Positions 53,137 to 62,043 of a DNA stretch of 64,000 bases are shown here, piece by piece. The notes beneath the pieces are model-generated. The model did not search any database. It was not told where the DNA came from and saw only the letters and a list, made by a program, of their open reading frames with translations. Source of the DNA: Chryseobacterium gleum. Lineage in GTDB: Bacteria; Bacteroidota; Bacteroidia; Flavobacteriales_D; Sanyastnellaceae. How positions within the stretch are numbered: position 1 is the stretch's first letter; each line of letters starts with the position of its first letter. The stretch spans positions 11,123 through 75,122 of the forward strand of contig CAMCTV010000001.1 of NCBI GenBank assembly GCA_945878635.1. The letters run 5' to 3'. Position numbers and translations under genes: made by a program.

Positions 53137-55212
53137 TTGTCCATTTATACTACATATTCGCCACTATGGCTTTGGCTGTGTTTCTTGTTGGGCATTATCC
53201 TAGCAGGCGCTTCTTATTGGAGAGAAAAACGGCGCAAGCGATATTCCATCAACACCATTTATTTATTGGCTTTGGTTCGATTTATTGGGGTCACCTTTCT
53301 TGGCTTCCTGCTCATCCGACCAATAACCGAAACCCATCAACAAACGGTAGAAAAACCAATCACAGTTGTTGTACATGACAACAGCATGTCCATTCAAGAT
53401 TTTATTCAAAAAAATCCTGAATGGCGGGATCAATTGACTCAAAAAATCTCATCAATCAATGATCAATCAGAGATAGCTTATTACACTTTTGATGGCGATT
53501 TGGCCAACAGCTGGGACTCCCTCAATGCCAAAGGGGCCAGTACCAATATGTCCGTTGCTTTAGAAAAAATAGGAATTCGCTATGCGGGAAGAAACCTTGC
53601 AGCTGTTGTATTGGTCACTGATGGACTGTTCAACGAAGGGCAATACCCCATTTACGCTGCGCAAAATCTTCAAGTACCCATTCACACCATTGGTATCGGG
53701 GATACCAACATGTACAAAGATGTATTCATCAGTGATGTCCAATGCAATAAGAATACTTTTCTTGGAAATGAGTTCCCCATATTGGTGAACATTGAAACAA
53801 GATTGTCTCAAAAGCAGCCGCTTGAAGTTGTTTTAAAAAACAAAGGGCTAGTGATTGAAAAGCAAAGTATCCTTCCTGATGGAAAGCGGACCTTTCACTC
53901 CATCCAGTTCAATACACAATCCAAACAACTTGGGGTTCAGCACTACACCATTGATGTTTCGGTTTTAGAAGGAGAGAAAAATACGACCAACAATCATTTC
54001 GATTGTTTCATCGAGGTTTTGGATGACAGACAGAAAATCCTGATTGTTGGAGCCGCACCGCACCCTGATATTCAAGCCTTGATGCAATCCATCAACCACT
54101 CTGAATCCTTTATTGCGGAATATGTTACAGTGGATGAATGGAAAGGAAAAGGATCTGGTGATGGACTTACCATATTTCATGGCCTACCCAATCAGGCGCA
54201 GCAAGTAGCTTCCATCAATGCTTTATTGTCCAACAAAAACCCGTGCTTGTTTATTTGGAGCCAAAGCACACAAGCCAGCTTATTCAATTTGCTTCAAACA
54301 GGCATTAACCTTCAAGGAGCCAATGGCAACCGTGAAGAGCGAACACCTTCAGCTGACAGCAAATTCAGCTACTTCCAAATACCACAATCCATCCAATCTC
54401 AAAGTCATCAATGGCCACCATTGAGTATCCCATTTGGAAAACTCACATTGTCTCCAGGCATCGTACCCTATTTTCAACAGCAAATGGGCAATTTGAATAC
54501 TGGCATTCCTTTGGTTGCATTTCAATCCGCTGATGTTGCCAAAATCGGTTTTGTGCTGGGTGAAGGCATCTGGAGATGGCGCATGGCCAATTTTATTCAG
54601 TCCAAAAATCATGATGCATTTGATGAGATGATTGGGTCATGGGCGCAATACTTGGTAGACAAGAACAGAGATCATCTATTTAAAGTAAACACCAAGAAAA
54701 ACTGGTTGTACAACCAACCCGTTGTCTTTCAAGCCAACTTGTATGATGATAGCATGAAGCCATTGTTGGGTCAAAACATTCAATTAAGTTTATGGAATGA
54801 GCAAGGAGAGAAACGTGATTATCCTTTTGTCCCAGGTAATAAAGGATATCAATTGGAATTGGGATTATTAGAACCTGGAAGTTACAGTTACCAAGCTCAA
54901 GCCAACAATGGAACTCAAAAGTTAACCCATTCAGGAAGTTTTATTGTAGAGAACGTTCAGTTGGAAATGATGAATACTTGGGCCAACCATGATGTTTTGA
55001 AAAGTCTGGCCAAAGAAACCAATGGGACATTTTTCACCGCCTCTGAATTGGACTCACTTGCGATTAAACTCAGACAACAGCAAAATTTTGTTTCCGTTGC
55101 TTTTGATGAAAGCAATAGAGAAGAATGGATAGATTGGTGGCCCATTCTTGTCGTTATCATCCTTTCTTTTGCTACGGAATGGTTCATCCGAAAATGGCAA
55201 GGAGGCTATTGA
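53137..55212 (+). CDS. Membrane-anchored vWA-domain protein (MIDAS DxSxS present)
   Basis: Two N-terminal TM helices, 'VVVHDNSMS' (DxSxS), 'AAVVLVTDGLFNEG' (TDG), one C-terminal TM. TTG start. Confidence 0.6.
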   Translation: MSIYTTYSPLWLWLCFLLGIILAGASYWREKRRKRYSINTIYLLALVRFIGVTFLGFLLIRPITETHQQTVEKPITVVVHDNSMSIQDFIQKNPEWRDQLTQKISSINDQSEIAYYTFDGDLANSWDSLNAKGASTNMSVALEKIGIRYAGRNLAAVVLVTDGLFNEGQYPIYAAQNLQVPIHTIGIGDTNMYKDVFISDVQCNKNTFLGNEFPILVNIETRLSQKQPLEVVLKNKGLVIEKQSILPDGKRTFHSIQFNTQSKQLGVQHYTIDVSVLEGEKNTTNNHFDCFIEVLDDRQKILIVGAAPHPDIQALMQSINHSESFIAEYVTVDEWKGKGSGDGLTIFHGLPNQAQQVASINALLSNKNPCLFIWSQSTQASLFNLLQTGINLQGANGNREERTPSADSKFSYFQIPQSIQSQSHQWPPLSIPFGKLTLSPGIVPYFQQQMGNLNTGIPLVAFQSADVAKIGFVLGEGIWRWRMANFIQSKNHDAFDEMIGSWAQYLVDKNRDHLFKVNTKKNWLYNQPVVFQANLYDDSMKPLLGQNIQLSLWNEQGEKRDYPFVPGNKGYQLELGLLEPGSYSYQAQANNGTQKLTHSGSFIVENVQLEMMNTWANHDVLKSLAKETNGTFFTASELDSLAIKLRQQQNFVSVAFDESNREEWIDWWPILVVIILSFATEWFIRKWQGGY

Positions 55213-56081
55213 TGGAAAAAACTTCCTTCTTAAAAATTGGTGGTGTACCAGAGCATTTCAATTTGCCATGGATACAGGCATTTCAAAAACAAAAACTACA
55301 AAGCATTGGAATAGAAACGAACTGGGTTTTTTTTCCCGGCGGCACAGGAGCTATGACGAGCGCTTTGCACAGCGGAGATTTGGATGTTGCCATATTGTTG
55401 ACAGAAGGATTTTTGGCCGCGTTCCAGAAAGGATTAAAAGCCAGAATCATCCAGTGCTATATTGAGACTCCTTTGCAATGGGGAATTTACTCCAGCAAAA
55501 AAGACGAATTGTACTTTGACACAACTACAAAAATTGCAGTTAGTAGAAAAGGTTCAGGATCTCATTTGATGCCCCTCATACATAGTGAAATGCAGGGAAA
55601 GTTATTACGGGATGATCAATTCAAAGTCATTCATCATTTGGAAGATGGCATAGCAGCATTGCATGAAGATTGTGATTATTTTTATTGGGAAAAGTGGATG
55701 ACGCTGCCGTTCGTGGAACGAGGTCAATGCAAAATGATTGGTGAATTCCATGCCCCTTGGTCTAGTTTCCTGATTGTCGCGAGTGATAAATGCATTGAAG
55801 AACAGTCAGACCAATTGCTTTTGATGTTAAAGATAATCGAAGAGCAAGTGCAATGCTTTTTAAGTGATCCCAACACGCCGTTGGAGATCAGCAAACAATT
55901 TCAACTGTCACCGGAAAATGCCAAAACATGGCTATCTGAGCAAGAATGGCATCACAATCAAAATGTCATTCACCAAAAGGAAATCATCAACGCCATGAAT
56001 GCCCTTCAGGGTGTTGGAATAGATATGTCGCAAGTCAAATTGGAAGAATTATTTGCCCCATGGATAACATTAGCACCTTAA
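55212..56081 (+). CDS. Periplasmic-binding-protein-fold (NMT1/THI5-like) protein, no signal peptide
   Basis: ATG 55212 (TGATG overlap). 'LKIGGVPEHFNLPW', 'GGTGAMTSALHSGDLDVAILLTEG'. Confidence 0.55.
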   Translation: MEKTSFLKIGGVPEHFNLPWIQAFQKQKLQSIGIETNWVFFPGGTGAMTSALHSGDLDVAILLTEGFLAAFQKGLKARIIQCYIETPLQWGIYSSKKDELYFDTTTKIAVSRKGSGSHLMPLIHSEMQGKLLRDDQFKVIHHLEDGIAALHEDCDYFYWEKWMTLPFVERGQCKMIGEFHAPWSSFLIVASDKCIEEQSDQLLLMLKIIEEQVQCFLSDPNTPLEISKQFQLSPENAKTWLSEQEWHHNQNVIHQKEIINAMNALQGVGIDMSQVKLEELFAPWITLAP

Positions 56082-56713
56082 AAACGTCCAAAAAGTTTTA
56101 TCAAAAAAAACGATGGGTAATCACCGCATTGATGGTCTTAACCATGGCTTTGACTTATGTCAACCGAATTTCCATTTTATCCTCCATTGGCCATTATTTG
56201 GTTGCCGATGATGATGACTATCAATCTCCCGTTTACGCTGTCCTAGGGGGAAACAGTTCAGAACGCGGAAGTGCCGCAGCTTGGTTGTCCAGGCAACAAC
56301 CCAATGCACAGTTTCTGGTCACCGGCGGAAATAGGCCCAGTCAATTGGCTGCAGTGGGTATCATTACCACAGAGGCCCATCTCACCAAAAAATGCATGAT
56401 GCATTTGGGCGTGGATTCATTGCGGATTGAATCATTGGAGAAAGGAACCAGTTCAAAGGAAGAAGCAGACCTTTTACTGGCACATTGCCAAAGAAATCAA
56501 ATTAAACAAATCACCATTGTTTCCGGGCAATATCACCTTAGAAGACTACGCAGGACATTTGAGCCCCTATTCCAATCGGCCCAGATCAATGTCAAATTCT
56601 TTGGTGCTTATGAAAAGGATTTCAAGCCGAATGAATGGTGGAAATCAGAGAGCGGATTGATCTACACCAATAACGAGTACATGAAAATCCTATATTACTG
56701 GCTGAAGTACTAA
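56060..56713 (+). CDS. YdcF/DUF218-family (ElyC/SanA-like) membrane-anchored protein
   Basis: ATG 56060, N-terminal TM 'WVITALMVLTMALTYV', 'FLVTGGN', 'ITIVSGQYHLRR'. 22-nt overlap with the previous gene, so the start is uncertain. Confidence 0.65.
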   Translation: MDNISTLKTSKKFYQKKRWVITALMVLTMALTYVNRISILSSIGHYLVADDDDYQSPVYAVLGGNSSERGSAAAWLSRQQPNAQFLVTGGNRPSQLAAVGIITTEAHLTKKCMMHLGVDSLRIESLEKGTSSKEEADLLLAHCQRNQIKQITIVSGQYHLRRLRRTFEPLFQSAQINVKFFGAYEKDFKPNEWWKSESGLIYTNNEYMKILYYWLKY

Positions 56714-56768
56714 CGACATTTTCACATATGTTGATTAGTTTTATGGTCTGATAGAGCCCATGAGTCCT

Positions 56769-56776
56769 TATCTTTG
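56769..56776 (+). promoter_or_regulatory. Candidate -7 box TATCTTTG upstream of TPR gene
   Basis: Exact TAnnTTTG match, 17 nt before ATG 56794. Confidence 0.4.
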
Positions 56777-56793
56777 AGTGGGAGATAATATTC

Positions 56794-58200
56794 ATGGCAG
56801 AAGAGTCTTTTTTATCGGATGAATTTCGTCAAATTTTGAATCGCTTTGAGCAAATGCTCAAGGAGAATAAATCATTTTATTTCGATTTGGAAGAGTTGGA
56901 GGATTTGGCTTTTTACTACAGCGATCACTTTCAATTCAGCAAGGCTTTGCAAGTCATCGAACATGCCAAATCTCTGTTTCCCCATCATCTGGGATTATTG
57001 ATCAGGGAAGGTGAAATATACACTGGCATGGGGCAACTACATAAGGCTCTTATTATTCTGAAAAAAGCTGAAAGTTGGGAGGAGGAGAAGTTGGATTGGT
57101 TCATGGCCATTTCAGTAGTTTACAGTCAACTCCATGAGCATGACAAAGCCATCCATTATTTAGAGCAAGCCATTGAAATGTCAGACGGTGAAAACTATGA
57201 TGATATCGCTTTGGAATTGGCACTGGAATATCAAAATGCCAACAAAGTAGATCGCGCTATTGCTTTATTAATGAAAGTCATCATGCACCGTCCAGACAGC
57301 GAGACATTGCTGTATGAATTGGCTTATTGCTATGAAAGTACAGATCGCATGGCAGAAGGGCTCACCTTTTTTGAGACTTTGGTGGATGATCGTCCTTTTT
57401 CATTTCCTGCTTGGTATTGCTTGGGGAATCTCCAGCAACACCTAGAACAGTTTGAAGCCAGTATTGAATCCTATGAATTCAGTACTGCCATCATGCCAGA
57501 CTTTGCTCCTGCCCTAATCAACAAGGCGCAGGCGCAATTCAAGAACAAGCAATACGCTGAAGCCATAAAAACACTTGAATCTACTTTTCATTTAGAGCCA
57601 CCTGACGCCACAACGTTTTGTCATATGGGTGAATGCTATGAGAAATTGGAAGAAGTGGAAAAAGCGCAAGAATTGTATCAAAAGGCAATACAATTGGACG
57701 ATCGTTGTGCTGATGCCTATTTGGGCATGGCTGTGGTAATGGATTTCAAAGAGCAACATGTCGAGGCCTTGGCATTTGCACGCATTGCCTTTGAATTTGA
57801 CCCTAACAATGATGAGTATGCGTTGGTTTATATGAGATTGTTGAGTAAACTCAATCTCTTTGAAGACGCACTTGAGATAGGAGAATCGCTTGTTCAGCAA
57901 CATTCCACTGATGAGGAATCATGGGCAGGTTATGCAGATATACATTTGAGAATGGAGAAATTCCAAGAAGCTTTAATGATCATTGAAGCTGGATTGGCAG
58001 CTATTCCCAACAGCAAAATGCTTTCAGCTCGCAAAGTTATTGCGCTATATTACAACAAACAATTGCTTCAAGCTGAGGATTGGTTCAATGCTACCTATAC
58101 GCCTTCAGATGAAAATGAATATGAAGAATTGATTCCTTTATTCCCTTTGATTGCGGAATGGAGTGTATATCAAAACAAAAAACAATTTTTTGACAATTAA
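56794..58200 (+). CDS. Tetratricopeptide-repeat protein
   Basis: Repeated 34-aa A/Y/L patterns ('AWYCLGNLQQHLEQFEASIESYEFS', 'CHMGECYEKLEEVEKAQELYQKAIQLD'). Confidence 0.8.
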   Translation: MAEESFLSDEFRQILNRFEQMLKENKSFYFDLEELEDLAFYYSDHFQFSKALQVIEHAKSLFPHHLGLLIREGEIYTGMGQLHKALIILKKAESWEEEKLDWFMAISVVYSQLHEHDKAIHYLEQAIEMSDGENYDDIALELALEYQNANKVDRAIALLMKVIMHRPDSETLLYELAYCYESTDRMAEGLTFFETLVDDRPFSFPAWYCLGNLQQHLEQFEASIESYEFSTAIMPDFAPALINKAQAQFKNKQYAEAIKTLESTFHLEPPDATTFCHMGECYEKLEEVEKAQELYQKAIQLDDRCADAYLGMAVVMDFKEQHVEALAFARIAFEFDPNNDEYALVYMRLLSKLNLFEDALEIGESLVQQHSTDEESWAGYADIHLRMEKFQEALMIIEAGLAAIPNSKMLSARKVIALYYNKQLLQAEDWFNATYTPSDENEYEELIPLFPLIAEWSVYQNKKQFFDN

Positions 58201-58203
58201 AAA

Positions 58204-58989
58204 ATGAATTACGATTTAGACTTTATACCTCAAAGACCCACCAGACCAAGACAAGACGGCTTAACCATGGTTATGGACAAAGGACTTTCCATCCGTCAAG
58301 CGGAAGATCTCATCAACTCATCAGGTGACTATGTTGATATAGTAAAACTTGGTTTTGGGACTTCAGCCTTCAGTAATAACTTGAAAGAAAAAATCAAGCT
58401 TTACCATGATGCTGGCATGAAAGTTTATTTGGGTGGAACTTTGTTTGAGGCCTTTGTGGTGAGAAATAAAATTGACGCTTACAAAAAGTATGTGAGTGAC
58501 TTGAAACTGACTACAATTGAAGTTTCTGATGGATCAATTTCCATTGCGCATGACATCAAATGCAGCTGGATTGAAGATTTGGCAAAAGACTTTACAGTCC
58601 TTTCCGAAGTGGGATCAAAAGAGGAAGGAATTCTGATATCGCCCAGCAAGTGGATTAAAATGATGCAAACAGAATTGCAAGCTGGTAGTTGGAAGGTGAT
58701 TGCAGAAGCCAGGGAGAGTGGTACTGTTGGCATTTATCGACCCAATGGTCAAGCGCATGTAATGCTCATCAACCGCATCCTTCAAAAGGTGAAAATGGAA
58801 AACATCATTTGGGAAGCTCCAAAAAAAGCACAGCAAGTGTATTTCATTCAGCACATGGGCCCCAATGTGAATTTGGGAAACATTGCGGAAAACGAAGTAA
58901 TCCCGCTTGAATGTTTGAGAACCGGATTGCGAGGAGACACATTCTTTCAATTTCTCCCAGAAGAGATTGTCAACAAAATGAAACAATAA
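58204..58989 (+). CDS. comA: Phosphosulfolactate synthase (ComA family)
   Basis: 'RPRQDGLTMVMDKG', 'DYVDIVKLGFGTSAF', 'YLGGTLFE', 'IEVSDGSI', about 260 aa, as in (2R)-phospho-3-sulfolactate synthase family proteins. Confidence 0.75.
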   Translation: MNYDLDFIPQRPTRPRQDGLTMVMDKGLSIRQAEDLINSSGDYVDIVKLGFGTSAFSNNLKEKIKLYHDAGMKVYLGGTLFEAFVVRNKIDAYKKYVSDLKLTTIEVSDGSISIAHDIKCSWIEDLAKDFTVLSEVGSKEEGILISPSKWIKMMQTELQAGSWKVIAEARESGTVGIYRPNGQAHVMLINRILQKVKMENIIWEAPKKAQQVYFIQHMGPNVNLGNIAENEVIPLECLRTGLRGDTFFQFLPEEIVNKMKQ

Positions 58990-58993
58990 TTCC

Positions 58994-59308
58994 ATGCATA
59001 TTTCAGCGCAAACATATAAGCAATGGTTGGATGAAGGTAAGCCTCATCAACTGATTGACATTCGGGAGCAATATGAAATAGAAAATTGCACTTTGAACGG
59101 ACGCCCCATAGCCATGGCTCATATAATGAATCAATTGGATGAAGTTAATGATGGAGATGTTGTTATTCATTGCAATAGTGGAAAAAGAAGCGATGCCGTT
59201 GTATTTGCATTGCGTCAAAAACTTTTACGCAACAATATCCATTCCCTAGAGGGTGGAATTCAAAACTTTGTTGAATTATACTTACCTGAACAAAACTGTG
59301 CATCATGA
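58994..59308 (+). CDS. Single-domain rhodanese-like sulfurtransferase
   Basis: 'LIDIRE..E', active-site loop 'VIHCNSGKRS', 104 aa. Confidence 0.8.
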   Translation: MHISAQTYKQWLDEGKPHQLIDIREQYEIENCTLNGRPIAMAHIMNQLDEVNDGDVVIHCNSGKRSDAVVFALRQKLLRNNIHSLEGGIQNFVELYLPEQNCAS

Positions 59309-59967
59309 GTGAATTATTGGACATTTTATTACACATCAATGACCACCTGGATGCTTGGCTACAGATTTATGGAAGTTCGTTGTACTTCATCTTATTCATG
59401 ATCATTTTCGTAGAAACAGGTTTGGTCATCATGCCATTTTTACCGGGTGACTCATTGCTGTTTGCCGTTGGAGCCATTTGCGCTCGAATGGCTGACGACC
59501 CCAATCCTGCCCTCTCACTTTTTCCATTGATTGCGCTGCTTTCAGTTGCTGCTATAGCCGGAGACCACAGCAATTATTTCATAGGAAAGTATGCAGGGGC
59601 CAAGGTGGTGAGATGGAAAGTTGGTGGAAAAGCGCTGGTGAAAGAAAGTTACATTTCAAAAACACAAGCCTTCTTTGATCAATATGGAACCAAAGCCATT
59701 GTATTGGCCCGATTTGTTCCGATCGTAAGAACATTTACACCTTTTGTAGCCGGAATTGGCAATATGGATTTCAAGAAAAAATTCATGCCGTATGACATTA
59801 TGGGAGGCATATTATGGATTTCCTCCATGACCATAGCCGGTTATATTCTGGGGTCACATGAATGGGTTAAAGCTCATTTTGAAGCTGTGGTACTCATCAT
59901 TATTTTCCTTTCCATCTTGCCGATGATTTTGGCATACATCAAACATTTGATTGGAAAATCAAAATGA
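59305..59967 (+). CDS. DedA/VTT-family membrane protein (second copy)
   Basis: 'FLPGDSLLFAVGA', 'LARFVPIVRTFTPFVAGI'. ATGA overlaps on both sides. Confidence 0.85.
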   Translation: MSELLDILLHINDHLDAWLQIYGSSLYFILFMIIFVETGLVIMPFLPGDSLLFAVGAICARMADDPNPALSLFPLIALLSVAAIAGDHSNYFIGKYAGAKVVRWKVGGKALVKESYISKTQAFFDQYGTKAIVLARFVPIVRTFTPFVAGIGNMDFKKKFMPYDIMGGILWISSMTIAGYILGSHEWVKAHFEAVVLIIIFLSILPMILAYIKHLIGKSK

Positions 59968-60704
59968 TTTGGAAATTTGGATTACTAGGGAAATCTCTGG
60001 AACACAGCTTTTCACCTGAATACTTTTACAATAAATTTCAATCCTTAACACTTCCTCATTCCTATGAAAAGATAGAGGTTGACGATTTGAAGGATATACG
60101 CAATATCATTGCCGCAAAAGGGCTCAACGGATTCAACGTTACCATTCCCTATAAGGAGGAGATCATTCCATATTTGGACCAATTGACTGCTGAGGCGGTT
60201 GCTGTTGGAGCTGTAAATTGTGTTGTTATAAAAAACAATAATTGGATTGGACACAACACCGACATCGGAGGTTTTGAAAAAAGCATATTGCCTTTTTTGG
60301 AAAACCACTATCCCAGGGCTTTAATCGTTGGGACAGGTGGAGCGTCAAAAGCCGTTGCCCATGTCTTGGAGAGTAAGGGCATTGCCGTTTTTTATTTAAC
60401 CCGAACTCCTCACCAAAAGAACCATCTGGGATACCACGACATTGATGTCAGTAGCTTGGTGCATTTTCCGCTGATTGTGCAGTGCACTCCATTGGGAACC
60501 TGGCCAGATACAGATACTTTGCCAGCTCTTCCTTATGAAGGATTAACCCACCAACACTATCTTTTTGATTTGATCTACAACCCCTCTGAAACGGCATTTT
60601 TAAAGAAAGGGATCGAAAAAGGATGTCAAGTGCAAAATGGAATCCGCATGTTAGAAATTCAAGCTGATTTATCTTGGGATTTTTGGAAACAAAAGTTGAC
60701 TTAA
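59964..60704 (+). CDS. aroE: Shikimate dehydrogenase
   Basis: 'GLLGKSLEHSFSPEYF', 'GFNVTIPYKE', 'GAVNCV', 'GHNTDIGGF', 'VGTGGASKAV'. Confidence 0.9.
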   Translation: MIWKFGLLGKSLEHSFSPEYFYNKFQSLTLPHSYEKIEVDDLKDIRNIIAAKGLNGFNVTIPYKEEIIPYLDQLTAEAVAVGAVNCVVIKNNNWIGHNTDIGGFEKSILPFLENHYPRALIVGTGGASKAVAHVLESKGIAVFYLTRTPHQKNHLGYHDIDVSSLVHFPLIVQCTPLGTWPDTDTLPALPYEGLTHQHYLFDLIYNPSETAFLKKGIEKGCQVQNGIRMLEIQADLSWDFWKQKLT

Positions 60705-60725
60705 TTTTACTGAAATCTTTGACAT

Positions 60726-61973
60726 TTGTTCTCAATCATTACTCATAAAATCAAGGAACTTAAGTTAGGGCAAAGTGCTCTTCTTGCAGGCTCTGCGGGA
60801 ATTGGACAGGCCATCTCTTATCTGTTCATGCCCATATTATCTAGGGTGTTTACCACAGAAGATTATTCCGTCTTTTCCCTTTTCTACGCTTGGATTGTTC
60901 CATTGGCTGTCTTCTCCACCTTTAGAATTGAGTTCGCCATTCCACACCAACACAACTCTGAAAAAAGATTTAAAACGGCTTATACCGCAATAAAAAGTTC
61001 AGTAATCATCACTCTTTTGATTTCTTTACTTGTATTCATTGGATGGACTGCTGGTTGGCTTCAAAATACCAATATCCTCATTTGGATTCCGCTTGGAATT
61101 TTATCCGTGAGTATACCGCAAATTTTATATTTCCTCAGCACAAGAGAAAATCAGTATCGGAAAAGTGGATTGTATCGAATCATCAATAATCTTGTTCTTC
61201 AATCGGCTTCTGCGATTCTTGGTTGGATGCTATGGGGAAGCACTGGCTTGATAGTCGGAATGCTTATTGGCCAAATGGCTGGAGCATTGACATTATTGGT
61301 GGGGAACGGAAAAATGCTTTTAAAAAATGCTGAAAAAGAAAGTTGGACTACTTCATTAAAAGAATTCAAATCCTACATACTGTACAGCACGCCGCAAGGA
61401 TTAATTGAGACGCTGCAATTGAGTGGAACTATCTTTATTATATATGCGCTATTTGATGAACCGTATCCAGGTCTTTTTTATTTGTGCTGGCGCATTCTTC
61501 AATCCCCTATAACACTAATCAGCAATACCATTTTTGTTGTTCATTACAACAATGCTTCACAGCTGCACAGTCAGCAAAAAGACTACCATTGGTTAATTAC
61601 CAAAACAGCCAAATTACTCTTCGTCATTGGTGGATGTATTGGGTGTGTTTTATTCTTTTTTGGTCCACCATTATTCGCATTTTTCTTGGGCGAGCCCTGG
61701 AGAGAGGCAGGTGAAATCGCTCGTATATTATCTCCATGGTTTGTACTTCAATTTGCTGTAACACCATTTTCATTTGTTGCCATATTGGAAAACAAACAAA
61801 GGACCGCCTTCTTCATTTCTTTGATGGATATCGTTCTTAAAGGAATCAGTCTATTGATTGGAAGCTATTTGCACTCCATCACAATCGGTCTCATCTTGTA
61901 TTCGTTAAGTGGCACTTTGATTCTGCTGTTCACTTACTTCTGGTATTTAAAACAATCAAAAAAAGACTTTTAA
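60726..61973 (+). CDS. Wzx-like oligosaccharide flippase (MOP superfamily)
   Basis: About 12 predicted TM helices, N-terminal 'AGSAGIGQAISYLFMPILSRVFTTEDY' typical of polysaccharide-biosynthesis flippases. TTG start uncertain. Confidence 0.65.
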   Translation: MFSIITHKIKELKLGQSALLAGSAGIGQAISYLFMPILSRVFTTEDYSVFSLFYAWIVPLAVFSTFRIEFAIPHQHNSEKRFKTAYTAIKSSVIITLLISLLVFIGWTAGWLQNTNILIWIPLGILSVSIPQILYFLSTRENQYRKSGLYRIINNLVLQSASAILGWMLWGSTGLIVGMLIGQMAGALTLLVGNGKMLLKNAEKESWTTSLKEFKSYILYSTPQGLIETLQLSGTIFIIYALFDEPYPGLFYLCWRILQSPITLISNTIFVVHYNNASQLHSQQKDYHWLITKTAKLLFVIGGCIGCVLFFFGPPLFAFFLGEPWREAGEIARILSPWFVLQFAVTPFSFVAILENKQRTAFFISLMDIVLKGISLLIGSYLHSITIGLILYSLSGTLILLFTYFWYLKQSKKDF

Positions 61974-62043
61974 TAAGCTTTAAAAAGTTCCCGCTTTTGG
62001 AATTGGTCGTTGACTAATTTAACAGCACATAAAACCAAAGCAT

